A stretch of 32,000 nucleotides of DNA from an uncultured Nitrososphaerota archaeon (GCA_964480775.1 CAYZRF010000003.1:60001-92000), one strand, 5' to 3'; shown: positions 1 through 9,181, counted from the first letter of the stretch. Notes: generated from the sequence alone by a model not told the origin. Numbers and translations: made by a program.

Positions 1-823
1 GAACTACGCTGATCTTTCCCAATACGCCATTCATCATGGCATTCTTCTTGGCTTCCTCGCAAGCATATTCTGACTCGTCAACCATAGTTACATGATCTGC
101 TCCACCTAACGCTGCTTGAATTCCAAATCCTCCTGTGTATGAAAAAAGATCTAACACCTTGGCGCCACTAGGAGTTATTTGATTAACTAAGATCCTATTG
201 TCCCTTTGATCTAAAAAGAAACCAGTTTTCTGTCCTCTTAAGACGTCTACCTCAAATTTTGCCATGCCTTCCTCGATCATAGTTCTCTGGGGAGAATCTC
301 CCAATAGCTTCCCTCTCCAAACAGGAAGATTGAGTTCTTTCCTAGTTCTTCCATCATTTCTCACGTAAACAGCGTCAATTCCCAAGATATCCATCAGAAG
401 GGCTCCTATCTTGTTGAGCAACCTGTCCATTCCAATTGAGGTTGAAGAAATAACTGCTATATTGGAATAAACATCTACTATTAGCCCTGGAAGCTTATCG
501 GCCTCACTATGACATAGTCTAAAGTTATTCTCAAGCTTTAACTTTTTACGGAAGCTTAGTGCCCTCAGAAGTCTTCTTTTGAAGAAGTCTAGGTTAACCT
601 TCTCTTCCGGGTCTGTGGTAAGTATTCTAGCAGCCATCGCTCCAATGCCCTCGTAAAAACCCATTCCAAGGAAGTCGCCCTTATCGTCCATTATCGTAAC
701 GACATCCCCTGGACTTACATCACCCTCAATTCTGCGGAGCCACTTTAGGTATATGTTTTGTTCTCCTCTCTTAATCCTTATTTTTCCCTCTCCGAATACT
801 ATGATCTTGCCGGATGTCTTCAT
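1..823 (-). CDS. PUA-domain class I SAM-dependent RNA (m5C-type) methyltransferase, RlmI-like. N-terminal ~274 aa only; the C-terminus runs off the left edge.
   Basis: Not in the ORF track because there is no stop inside the window. My reverse-strand translation from ATG at 823-821 reads MKTSGKIIVFGEGKIRIKRGEQNIYLKWLRRIEGDVSPGDVVTIMDDKGDFLGMGFYEG (PUA-like). Later it reads ...GQKTGFFLDQRDNR...KVLDLFSYTGGFGIQAALGGADHVTMVDES (SAM-binding motif I). I saw no stops down to position 1. Confidence 0.8.
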   Translation of the reverse strand, partial: MKTSGKIIVFGEGKIRIKRGEQNIYLKWLRRIEGDVSPGDVVTIMDDKGDFLGMGFYEGIGAMAARILTTDPEEKVNLDFFKRRLLRALSFRKKLKLENNFRLCHSEADKLPGLIVDVYSNIAVISSTSIGMDRLLNKIGALLMDILGIDAVYVRNDGRTRKELNLPVWRGKLLGDSPQRTMIEEGMAKFEVDVLRGQKTGFFLDQRDNRILVNQITPSGAKVLDLFSYTGGFGIQAALGGADHVTMVDESEYACEEAKKNAMMNGVLGKISVV

Positions 824-999
824 ATCGATAAACTAGAGAAGGTACAAGTATTAAGCATGAGTCTACCCTACTTATCTTCAATCACGAAGCAAGTTCCCAT
901 ATTATCTCTCTAATTTTTTGGTTACTAGGAATTCTATGAGCGAAGTAACCTTCTATGTCACCTTTTTCTGCTGCAAGCAAGCAAAATTGAAACCGGATT

Positions 1000-2478
1000 T
1001 CACGCGATGATCTTCCAAGGTAAGCTTTCTAAAGAGATTCCGTGCTTCTTAGCAGATGTATTCATAATTTCGTTCAACTTTTGAAGAACCTCTTTCGGAG
1101 GAAGTTCAGTCTTCTCTTCTGACAAAATTTCTCTAACAATCTCTCTAGCGTTGGTTCTAGGATCTTTACCTCCTTTTAGTTTCCAAACGCTTCTGTCCGC
1201 AACATTAAAAACAGGCCCAAGCATGTGTACTTCTTTCTCAAACCTCTCCATCACGAACTTCATTGCTTTCATGCTTGAGGTAAAGCTCCCTCCAGCTCCA
1301 ACTTCTTTGATTATATCCAATGCAAGTAGTTCTTCATTGATTTCAATTCCTTTCAAAAGCCTGTAGACTATTCCGGCTATTTCATTATCTATCACAAGCT
1401 TTTCAAGGCTTTGACAGCTCTCGAACTCGATCATGCCAGCACCCTCTATTAAGTTGATTCCTGAGAGAGCACCAAGAGCCATACCAAGCATTGCCTCGGC
1501 AGAGGCTTGCTCATCTGGCAAGTTTGAGTTACTAAGTCCAACATACATGTCAGAGGGTAACCCTAAGGCTTTGGCTATTTGGGAAAGAGCAGAAGTCATT
1601 AACACGGTTTCAGGGGATCCTACTAATGTTGTAGCAGTTCTTTGATCAACAGGAGCTGGAGAACCACCGAAAAGGACGGGTGTCCCTGGATTAACCAGCT
1701 GAGCTAGGACTAGACCTGAAAAGAACTCAGCCACGTGTTGCACCAAGGATCCAGCAAGCGTTGCTGGCGAAGCCAAACCTACTAATGGCACAGGAAGGAT
1801 GGACACAGGAATCCCGTATTTAGCTAGATCTATTATATTCTGTGATGTGATTTCGCTCCACTTTAGGGGAGGGGATGGACAACATGTGAAAGCAGCCCTA
1901 TGCTTTCTTGCAAGTTCCTCCTCACTCCCAGCAACAGCAACCAGCATGTTTTTCATGTCTACAGCTCCATCGATGGTAAATGCACCCGTATATATTGGCT
2001 TGTTAGTATTGCACAACGCTATGTAAAGCCTGTACCTGTCTGCTATCTCTCTAGGGACATCTGAGGGTATCAGGGCTGTTGACTGAATCTTCAGGTTCTC
2101 AAGTCCATTCACTAACCTAACAAGTTCAACGCAGTCCCGAGCCAAAGGAGCCTTTACCTTCCCAGTTTCTCCGTCTATGATCTTTATAGCTGCGGAACCT
2201 GGTATGAAGTACGTATATCCTTCCCCAACCGTGAATCTTTCCTCTCCATCCCTGGAGTAGAGATCAAAAGACGACGGAGCCTTCCTCAGTGCTTCATCTA
2301 TTTGAGCCTTTCCTATCTTTACGAGCTTCTTCCTGAAATTTACTTCGGCTCCCCCCTTTGAGTATATCCTTAAGGCAACGTCATTGTAGACTTTTACTCC
2401 AACATCCCATAGAATTTCCTTTGCAGAATTAACTATCACATTAACCTCTTCTTCATCCAAAACCGAGAAAGAAGGCAT
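1000..2478 (-). CDS. MttB-superfamily (trimethylamine methyltransferase family) substrate:corrinoid methyltransferase, non-pyrrolysine type
   Basis: The uninterrupted 492-aa ORF has typical MttB-family length and a TIM-barrel-like sequence. There is no in-frame TAG. Its ATG (2478-2476) directly abuts the stop of the upstream corrinoid protein gene (TAA at 2479-2481). Confidence 0.8.
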   Translation of the reverse strand: MPSFSVLDEEEVNVIVNSAKEILWDVGVKVYNDVALRIYSKGGAEVNFRKKLVKIGKAQIDEALRKAPSSFDLYSRDGEERFTVGEGYTYFIPGSAAIKIIDGETGKVKAPLARDCVELVRLVNGLENLKIQSTALIPSDVPREIADRYRLYIALCNTNKPIYTGAFTIDGAVDMKNMLVAVAGSEEELARKHRAAFTCCPSPPLKWSEITSQNIIDLAKYGIPVSILPVPLVGLASPATLAGSLVQHVAEFFSGLVLAQLVNPGTPVLFGGSPAPVDQRTATTLVGSPETVLMTSALSQIAKALGLPSDMYVGLSNSNLPDEQASAEAMLGMALGALSGINLIEGAGMIEFESCQSLEKLVIDNEIAGIVYRLLKGIEINEELLALDIIKEVGAGGSFTSSMKAMKFVMERFEKEVHMLGPVFNVADRSVWKLKGGKDPRTNAREIVREILSEEKTELPPKEVLQKLNEIMNTSAKKHGISLESLPWKIIA

Positions 2479-3147
2479 TTACTCAACTCCTACAAGCTTT
2501 TTCGCCAACCTTACTGCCTCAACTGCGTCCTCGGCGTAACCATCAGCACCTATCTCCTCAACCCAGCTTAAAGTTACGGGAGAGCCCCCAACAACAACCT
2601 TTACCTTTTCTCTGAGGCCAGCTCTCTTCAACGCTTCAATTACCTCTTTCTGCACGTGCATCGTAGTCGTCAGGAGGGCTGAAAGGCACAGGATATCTGG
2701 TTTGTACTTTCTTACAGCATCCACGAACTTCTCTACAGGCACGTCAGTTCCTAGATCAATTACCTCAAATCCAGCCGAAGTGAGCAAGGATGCAACTATG
2801 TTCTTCCCGATCTCGTGAATATCTCCAGCAACTGTGCCAATAACTACCTTTCCCAAAGCCTCTCTCTTGTTTCCTGCCTTCTTGATCAGAGGTTCTAGGT
2901 ACTTTGAGGTCACGTTCTTGCAAGACTCGCCTGCAACGATCAATTGCACTAGGAAGATCTCACCTCTTTCAAACATATCCCCTACAACTTTCAGGGCAGA
3001 CGTAATGGCATTTATTATTTCTAAGGCATTGTATCCCGATTCAAGGCTCTTCTTAACGGCCTCTTCAAGCTCGTCAGGGTCAAAAGAAAGAACCGCTTCC
3101 TTGATTGTCTTCTCTAAATTCATAGCAAGGAGAAATCTTAGATCCAA
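2479..3147 (-). CDS. Cobalamin (B12)-binding corrinoid protein, MttC/MtgC-like
   Basis: 222 aa. It has an N-terminal helical cap followed by a Rossmann-like B12-binding domain. The DxHxxG signature is present (GDIHEIGKNIV), followed by LGTDVP and CLSALLTTTM, typical of methyltransferase corrinoid proteins. Confidence 0.9.
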   Translation of the reverse strand: MDLRFLLAMNLEKTIKEAVLSFDPDELEEAVKKSLESGYNALEIINAITSALKVVGDMFERGEIFLVQLIVAGESCKNVTSKYLEPLIKKAGNKREALGKVVIGTVAGDIHEIGKNIVASLLTSAGFEVIDLGTDVPVEKFVDAVRKYKPDILCLSALLTTTMHVQKEVIEALKRAGLREKVKVVVGGSPVTLSWVEEIGADGYAEDAVEAVRLAKKLVGVE

Positions 3148-3294
3148 AAGATTATAAAACTTCGTAGATTTTCAAGCACAATTTGCCGCGAATGAGTAAA
3201 ATAACCGATGAAGCAGAGTTAAACTCGCTTATGGTTTCTTTCCGTTAATTAGATTAACAACTCAAAATGTCATGGTTCATGAGAGGTTTAGGGA

Positions 3295-5211
3295 ATGGAA
3301 AAACCTCGTAACGTTAGAATAGCCTTCGAGCCTTATGGAAAGAGTGTAGAAGCAGAAAGAGGAATCACAATATTTGAGGCAGCAACGAGGGCTGGCTTGG
3401 GGATTAGGTCAGAATGCGGGGGTCTTGGAACTTGCGGGAAGTGTAAGGTTCAGGTCGAGGATCTCATATCAGTTAACGAGATCACCGAAGTTGAGAGGGA
3501 ACTTCTCAGCCCTGAGGAGTTGAGAGAAGGGATAAGGCTTGCGTGTCAGGTTCGGGTTCTCGATGATTGTAGGGTATACATTCCTCCTGAAAGCAGGATT
3601 GGAGAAAGGAAAATACTTGAGGTTGGTTTAGGGCAGGAAGTTCCCCTAGAACCCGCCGTTAGGAAAGTACATCTCCTGATCCCTAAACCATCTCTCAGCG
3701 ATGTTAGAGCAGATTATGAGAGGATGATTGACACTCTCTCAAAGATCCTTGAGGCAAGAGGCTGGAAAAGTGAAAGGTTTGATGAGGTGCGAATTGACCA
3801 TGAACTGCTAGTAAATGCCTCAAAGGTCTTTCGCGAAGCAGAATGGGACGTGACTGTGGTTCTAAGGGACGGAGAGATCTTGGAGATAGAGAGGGGAAAC
3901 ACTGAAGAAGAGAACTACGGCCTAGCCGTCGACATTGGAACCTCAAAAATCGTCGTTTACCTTGTGAACGTTAATGAAGGAAATGTGGTGGGGGTTGGCT
4001 CTCTTGAAAATCCCCAACTGATGTTCGGCGAAGACATAATGTCCCGCCTTACGTTTGCCATGAGATCTCACGAAAACCTCTCTATCCTAAAAAAGGTACT
4101 GATAGATGGCATAAACGCAACAATTGAGGAGATTGCACTAAAAAGCGGCGTGAAAAAAGATAACATATATGAAGCAGTTGTAGTCGGCAACACGGCCATG
4201 CATCACCTCTTTTTGGGCATTGAAACTAGGCATCTGGCTCTTTCCCCTTATGTACCAGTTGTAAGGGATCCTTTAAGCGTCAAGGCCGAAGAAGTAGGTT
4301 TGAAAATAAACGAAAGAGGGTATGTCGTCACCCTACCTATAATTGGTGGGTTTGTCGGCGCTGACGGTGTGGCCGACTTATTAGCTACGGGTTTACACAA
4401 ATCTAGTGGCCTTTCGATGCTCCTTGACATAGGAACAAATACCGAAGTATTTTTGGGAAACAAAAACGGAATACTCGCCTGCTCAGCCGCTTCGGGACCT
4501 GCTTTTGAAGGAGGACACATAAAATTCGGGATGAAGGCCACTGCCGGAGCAATTGAGAGAGTTTTCATTGATCCCAAGACATATGAGGTTAAATACAAGA
4601 CTATCAAGGGAGAGAAGCCAATAGGTTTATGTGGGTCTGCCGTCATAGATGTAGTAGCTGGTCTTCTTAGAAGCGGGCTTATGGATATTCACGGCAGGAT
4701 TAGAGAGAGGACCAAAATATCGAGAATAAGAAGAGTTGGGAATGACGTTGAGTTTGTGGTAGCATGGAGGGAAGAGACAGGAATAGACGAGGATATTACC
4801 GTTACTCAGAGGGATGTGAGGGAGATACAGCTGGCAAAAGCAGCCATATATACGGCACAAATCATCTTGATGAGTAGAAAAAGTGTAAGGCCCGATGATA
4901 TAAGGAAAATATTCATAGCTGGAGCCTTTGGATCTGAAATAAATGTGGAAAATGCCATATTCATAGGGTTATTACCAGAAATCCCAGCAGAAAGAGTGAA
5001 GTTCGTTGGAAATACAGCAATTGCTGGAGCGAAAATGGCTCTCATCTCGAAAAATGTTCGAAAGGAATCAAAAAGCATTCTTAGATTGGTTGACTACGTT
5101 GAACTTAGCTTGGATCCAGCGTTTCAAAAGGAATTCATCAATGCCACAGAATTTCCCCACAGAGATCTTAATAGATTCCCTAAGGTTAAAGAATACCTAA
5201 ATAATATCTAA
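3295..5211 (+). CDS. Corrinoid reductive activase, RACo/ASKHA-type ATPase with an N-terminal plant-type [2Fe-2S] ferredoxin domain
   Basis: 638 aa. The N-terminus carries SECGGLGTCGKCKV...LACQ (Cx5Cx2C...C ferredoxin pattern). The remainder shows actin/sugar-kinase-like phosphate motifs (LAVDIGTSKIV, LLDIGTNTEV). It is divergently placed next to the corrinoid protein gene. Confidence 0.8.
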   Translation: MEKPRNVRIAFEPYGKSVEAERGITIFEAATRAGLGIRSECGGLGTCGKCKVQVEDLISVNEITEVERELLSPEELREGIRLACQVRVLDDCRVYIPPESRIGERKILEVGLGQEVPLEPAVRKVHLLIPKPSLSDVRADYERMIDTLSKILEARGWKSERFDEVRIDHELLVNASKVFREAEWDVTVVLRDGEILEIERGNTEEENYGLAVDIGTSKIVVYLVNVNEGNVVGVGSLENPQLMFGEDIMSRLTFAMRSHENLSILKKVLIDGINATIEEIALKSGVKKDNIYEAVVVGNTAMHHLFLGIETRHLALSPYVPVVRDPLSVKAEEVGLKINERGYVVTLPIIGGFVGADGVADLLATGLHKSSGLSMLLDIGTNTEVFLGNKNGILACSAASGPAFEGGHIKFGMKATAGAIERVFIDPKTYEVKYKTIKGEKPIGLCGSAVIDVVAGLLRSGLMDIHGRIRERTKISRIRRVGNDVEFVVAWREETGIDEDITVTQRDVREIQLAKAAIYTAQIILMSRKSVRPDDIRKIFIAGAFGSEINVENAIFIGLLPEIPAERVKFVGNTAIAGAKMALISKNVRKESKSILRLVDYVELSLDPAFQKEFINATEFPHRDLNRFPKVKEYLNNI

Positions 5212-5260
5212 AATCAACGATTTAGTGGAAATAAAGCGAATTAAAACACTTATGTGCATT

Positions 5261-6160
5261 TTACGGTATTTTGAATAATGGGTGACCTCTGTCCAATGTT
5301 TGCTTGTTTTCCAGATAATAATACCCTAAAGCGGCATCTACCATTGCGACCGTTGGAAAAACGTAGGGAGCTGCTTCTATAGGCCCATAAATTATGAAAT
5401 CGCCTCCTGCGCTGGCAACCATTGTGCTTGCCGAAGCTATGGCTGGCTTAATGGCTTGGCTTCCCATCTTCCTCTTAAGCCCTTTCCAAGTGCTAATTGC
5501 GTTATGGGGACCACATCCCGCTGGTAAACCTAATTCATCTTTTATGAGATAGATGGCTCTGCAAGCCATTCCTAAGGTAGGAACATCCAAGACGCAAGTA
5601 TCAATCAATGGCTTCTTTATCCCAATCTTCTTAGCAACTTCCAATAGTTTCTTGGCAGTCCTTTTTCGACCACTTGTTGATAGTTCTCTCATGTCAAAAG
5701 TAAGCAAGATAGCAGCTTGAACTCCAATTTCTTCAATAGTTCTTATTTCCTCTTGCTTACAATCTGGAACGATCGAATTGTATACTATTTTATCGAGAAG
5801 TCCAACTTCCTCAGCGTATCTGAGCCCACCAACTCTGACATCAGCCGTAGTCCCGTCTAGAAGGAGAGGAACATCGGTAACATCCGCGGTAAAGTCGAGG
5901 AACTTCACAATAGATTCAACACTCGCCCCAATCACGTCAAGCATGCATGGATTTCCGGTTCTATCTGAAAACTCTTCTTGCAACTTTATCAACCTTTCCG
6001 CCTCTTCTTTATCGAAATCACCTCTCTTAGCATCGATAAGCAGTTTTTGTCTGTGATAGAAAATCGAGCCGATCAATACCGTTGGAACCTTGCCAGGTTC
6101 TCCACCTATCTTAACTCCACTTATCTCGAAGGACTTCTGCTCTGCCTTGAACCTAAACAT
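5261..6160 (-). CDS. mtrH: MtrH-family methyl-corrinoid:pterin (H4MPT/H4F) methyltransferase, stand-alone
   Basis: 299 aa. The N-terminus MFRFKAEQKSFEISGVKIGGEPGKVPTVLIGSIFY...EEFSDRTGNPCMLDV closely follows the MtrH N-terminal pattern as I remember it. No other mtr subunits are adjacent. Confidence 0.8.
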   Translation of the reverse strand: MFRFKAEQKSFEISGVKIGGEPGKVPTVLIGSIFYHRQKLLIDAKRGDFDKEEAERLIKLQEEFSDRTGNPCMLDVIGASVESIVKFLDFTADVTDVPLLLDGTTADVRVGGLRYAEEVGLLDKIVYNSIVPDCKQEEIRTIEEIGVQAAILLTFDMRELSTSGRKRTAKKLLEVAKKIGIKKPLIDTCVLDVPTLGMACRAIYLIKDELGLPAGCGPHNAISTWKGLKRKMGSQAIKPAIASASTMVASAGGDFIIYGPIEAAPYVFPTVAMVDAALGYYYLENKQTLDRGHPLFKIP

Positions 6161-6191
6161 AGTGTATCAAAGACGTTTTGATTATCGAATG

Positions 6192-6199
6192 ATTTTAAA
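6192..6199 (-). promoter_or_regulatory. TATA-like box (TTTAAAAT on the minus strand) upstream of the mtrH-like gene
   Basis: The minus strand reads CTATTTAAAATC. The box lies about 32-39 nt upstream of the ATG at 6160, consistent with an archaeal short-leader promoter. Confidence 0.3.
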
Positions 6200-6436
6200 T
6201 AGCTTTTGTGCTGTTACTTACGCCTTATAATTTAATTCTTAGACCACAAAGAGTTAATCTCTATGTTCTTTCTAATATTTCCTGCTTATGAGCTATGAAC
6301 TACCCGCAAGGGCGGTTTTCCTTTCATACGAAAGAAAAATCAGTCATAAACCTGTCACATGAGGAGTCAGTCGGACCTAAACTTTTCCTCATCAAATTTA
6401 ACGGTTTAATCACGTTTTGATTCAGTTCAATAGGAC

Positions 6437-7093
6437 TTATACGATTCCTTTTAGAAGTCTAAGTGAAACTTCATAAGGAACATCCCTGAACATTTCTGGA
6501 TATCTTTTTTCTGCTTCTTTTAGCAGAGATTCCAGCTCTTCATCGCTTTCATATGGTAAATCTATGACAAGAAATTCACATCTATCATCCCCCGAAGACC
6601 TACACTTGGTTTCTCTGACCAGGCCAACCCTTTTCTGACCTATTATGAGGTAAGCCGCCCAATATGCTCCTTCACATCCACCCGCAGGATATGAGCAAAC
6701 TCTCTTCTCAGGAATTTCTAGACCCCTACACCAAGGGCAGTCTTCGTCCCAGAATCTTGCCAGATAGATATCTTTCCCAAGCCATTTTTCCCACCAATCC
6801 TCAAAGCCAGAAATGAACTTTCCAGAGAAGAAGTACCATGCGAGATTGATCATAATTTTTGTTTCCTTGAAGGGTTTGATCCTCTTAACTTCTTTTGCCA
6901 AGCTCTGGACAACCTCATATCCCATATCATAGCCCCACGAAAATTCCTTTTCAATGGCTTTGTCCCGACCTTCTTTCTCGATAAGATAGGTAAGAGATGA
7001 GATGTAAAGGTTTCTAAGAGTGACAGAACTTACAGTTTCCATACCAAAATGTTTTCTTAACACTCCCGCTATGGATCCGAAAAACTCCTTCAT
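6437..7093 (-). CDS. V4R (4-vinyl-reductase-type) domain protein; predicted small hydrophobic ligand binder
   Basis: 218 aa. The C-terminal half reads CPWCRGLEIPEKRVCSYPAGGCEGAYWAAYLIIGQKRVGLVRETKCRSSGDDRCEFLVI. This matches the V4R pattern (C..aG..aG......E.kC.a.Gd..CeF). Its ATG directly follows the stop of the upstream GTPase gene (TAAATG on the minus strand). Confidence 0.65.
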   Translation of the reverse strand: MKEFFGSIAGVLRKHFGMETVSSVTLRNLYISSLTYLIEKEGRDKAIEKEFSWGYDMGYEVVQSLAKEVKRIKPFKETKIMINLAWYFFSGKFISGFEDWWEKWLGKDIYLARFWDEDCPWCRGLEIPEKRVCSYPAGGCEGAYWAAYLIIGQKRVGLVRETKCRSSGDDRCEFLVIDLPYESDEELESLLKEAEKRYPEMFRDVPYEVSLRLLKGIV

Positions 7094-7903
7094 TTACTTC
7101 ACCACCAGCCTAAGATCCTTAATTCTTCCTTCGGCATGGAACTTTTTAAGGTATATTTGAACCGTCCTGTAATCCAGTCCAAGCTCGTTAGCAAGCTCAA
7201 AAGCGGTCTTCTTTCCATCAATAAGCTCAAAGAGCATTATTTCAATATCGCTCAATCCTTCTGTATCTGGAGGCACTTTAAACGGTATTGGCAAGTAGTC
7301 TTTGCGAGGTGCAAGAGTAGGGATTGTCTCTTGCGAGACAGGTTCTTCTTTCTCTTCTTCTATCGGAGGACCAGCTTCCTCTACTGAAGGTGTGACCTCT
7401 TCAACTGGTTTAGTTAATTCTTCTAAAGGTACAACGCTTTCTACCGGCGCTTCTCCCAGCAACGCCCTTCTAAGTTCATCTATCCCTTCACCAGTTGACG
7501 CTGAGACTACAAATAGCTTAATACCCTTGTTCCTAGCGTAAGAAGAAACTTCCTCCAAACTCACCTCTTTTTCTTGTAAGTCAGCCTTGTTTGCTACTAG
7601 CACAAAATTCCAATTTATCAAATCCATTATTCTGTCTATCCAAGCCAAGCTTTCCTTTTTTGTAAGGTCAAAAACAGCAACTGCTTTATCCACCCTCCAC
7701 TTTGACATGGCTGGAATAAGAATGCTGATTGTCTCATCCTTTCCGCTCATTTCTCTTATATAGAGCCTCTCTTCAACTACGTAGTCTTTGTAATAGTCTG
7801 GTTCTTTGTAATCCACCTGAAGACTTGGAAAAAGGGCGGATATAAGAGAACTCTTACCGACACCATCCGTTCCAAAGAAAGGAAGTATCTCTCTTCTTTC
7901 CAA
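7094..7903 (-). CDS. Small Ras/Arf-like GTPase fused through an acidic Pro/Glu/Val linker to a C-terminal winged-helix DNA-binding domain
   Basis: 269 aa with a TTG start. Motifs present: G1 GTDGVGKSS, G4 NKAD, G5 SAS. The linker reads APVESVVPLEELTKPVEEVTPSVEEAGPPIEEEKEEPVSQE. The C-terminus reads IEIMLFELIDGKKTAFELANELGLDYRTVQIYLKKFHAEGRI (wHTH-like). Confidence 0.65.
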   Translation of the reverse strand: MERREILPFFGTDGVGKSSLISALFPSLQVDYKEPDYYKDYVVEERLYIREMSGKDETISILIPAMSKWRVDKAVAVFDLTKKESLAWIDRIMDLINWNFVLVANKADLQEKEVSLEEVSSYARNKGIKLFVVSASTGEGIDELRRALLGEAPVESVVPLEELTKPVEEVTPSVEEAGPPIEEEKEEPVSQETIPTLAPRKDYLPIPFKVPPDTEGLSDIEIMLFELIDGKKTAFELANELGLDYRTVQIYLKKFHAEGRIKDLRLVVK

Positions 7904-7906
7904 CTC

Positions 7907-9181
7907 TCACACCCCTGCGTCAACTATAATTTCAGCCCTTTTTGGGGCTTTAAGGGATTTGAAGACTAGACTCAGGAGGTTTAAGCCACTAATCCTCTCA
8001 TACATCCGCTTAGTTGCATCTTTTGTGTAGTGTGTCAAAAGGTGACCAAGCCTTCTTGATGTCTCTTCGTCGCACATTAATGCTTTAATGCCCGTCTCCA
8101 TCATGAAGAAGGAGCCATATAAGAGGTTAGCTATCTTTCCCCCGTAATAAAAGGAATCTTCACCGAACTCGCTCCACCATGCATCTCTGTACTTCTCAAG
8201 TTGAGAAGGGTCCCCTTTATCAAGGGCTACTTTGAGGACTCTTGCAGCGATTAAAGATCCGTGAACTGCTCCATATATTCCATCCCCAGTTACTGGATGG
8301 ACAAACCCAGCCGCATCCCCAACCAACAGAGTTCTGCCCTCTTTGCTGTATGTCTTAGACCTTGGAACCTTGCCAAAAGGTACCATCGCAGCCCTATCAT
8401 GTTCAATCTCCAAATTTGGGAGAATATCGCATTCTGCAGCTTTCTTCAGAAAGGAAAGAAATCTTTCTTTATGCTCTCTAAAGTTTTCGATGGTTGTACC
8501 TATTCCTATGTTCAGATACTCTTTTTTGGGGAAGATCCACGCATATCCGGATGGGACAAATCCGAAGAAGAGAAATGTAGGGTTATTCATCCATTTTTTC
8601 TTCCATTTTTCCATTAGATCCTTAACATTGAACTTAAATTCAGTTCCCCAACAGCCCCCCATAGCCTCTCTCTTTAGAGGAGGTATTCCAAGTTGTTCCC
8701 CAAGGGTATCGGTTGCTCCAGTCGCAATAATTAAGTACCTTCCCTTAAACTCACTTCCGTCTCGTGTTGCAACCATAATGCCATTTGCATTTGCCTTAGC
8801 CCTAACAACTTCTTTGTTTCCTTTGAACTCCGCTCCCTCAGACTCAGCTATCTCCATAAGCTTTGTATCGAAGACAGATCTCCTTACGAGTCCTCCAAAC
8901 TTCGTTACCTCTTCTGTAAACCTTAAAATAAGCTCCCTTCCGGAAGGGGAAAAAACAACAGCTCCTCCTATTTTAAGTTCGATTGTCTCACTCACTTCCT
9001 TTGATACTTTTTCTTCGAGTAATTTTCCAGCTCCGTACGATACTCCACCACCACAATACTTGTCTCTTCCTTTCTTCTGCTTTTCAAGGATTAGAACGTC
9101 CATACCAAGCCTTGAAGCGAATATGGCTGCAGAAGAGCCAGCAGGACCCGCACCCACAACTATCAAATCAGAGGTGGTCAT
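7907..9181 (-). CDS. FAD-dependent oxidoreductase of the geranylgeranyl reductase family
   Basis: 424 aa. It has an N-terminal dinucleotide fold (VVGAGPAGSSAAIFASRLGMDVLILEK). It also has LLVGDAAGFVHPVTGDGIYGA, typical of GGR/FixC-type flavoproteins. Its stop lies 3 nt before the GTPase start. Confidence 0.75.
   Translation of the reverse strand: MTTSDLIVVGAGPAGSSAAIFASRLGMDVLILEKQKKGRDKYCGGGVSYGAGKLLEEKVSKEVSETIELKIGGAVVFSPSGRELILRFTEEVTKFGGLVRRSVFDTKLMEIAESEGAEFKGNKEVVRAKANANGIMVATRDGSEFKGRYLIIATGATDTLGEQLGIPPLKREAMGGCWGTEFKFNVKDLMEKWKKKWMNNPTFLFFGFVPSGYAWIFPKKEYLNIGIGTTIENFREHKERFLSFLKKAAECDILPNLEIEHDRAAMVPFGKVPRSKTYSKEGRTLLVGDAAGFVHPVTGDGIYGAVHGSLIAARVLKVALDKGDPSQLEKYRDAWWSEFGEDSFYYGGKIANLLYGSFFMMETGIKALMCDEETSRRLGHLLTHYTKDATKRMYERISGLNLLSLVFKSLKAPKRAEIIVDAGV

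Noticed and set aside
6365-6372. AGTCAGTC, identical to a half-site of the 16-bp TetR-proximal palindrome, in the mtrH/V4R intergenic region
   Set aside because: A single 8-mer is expected about once by chance in 32 kb on two strands, and there is no inverted partner.
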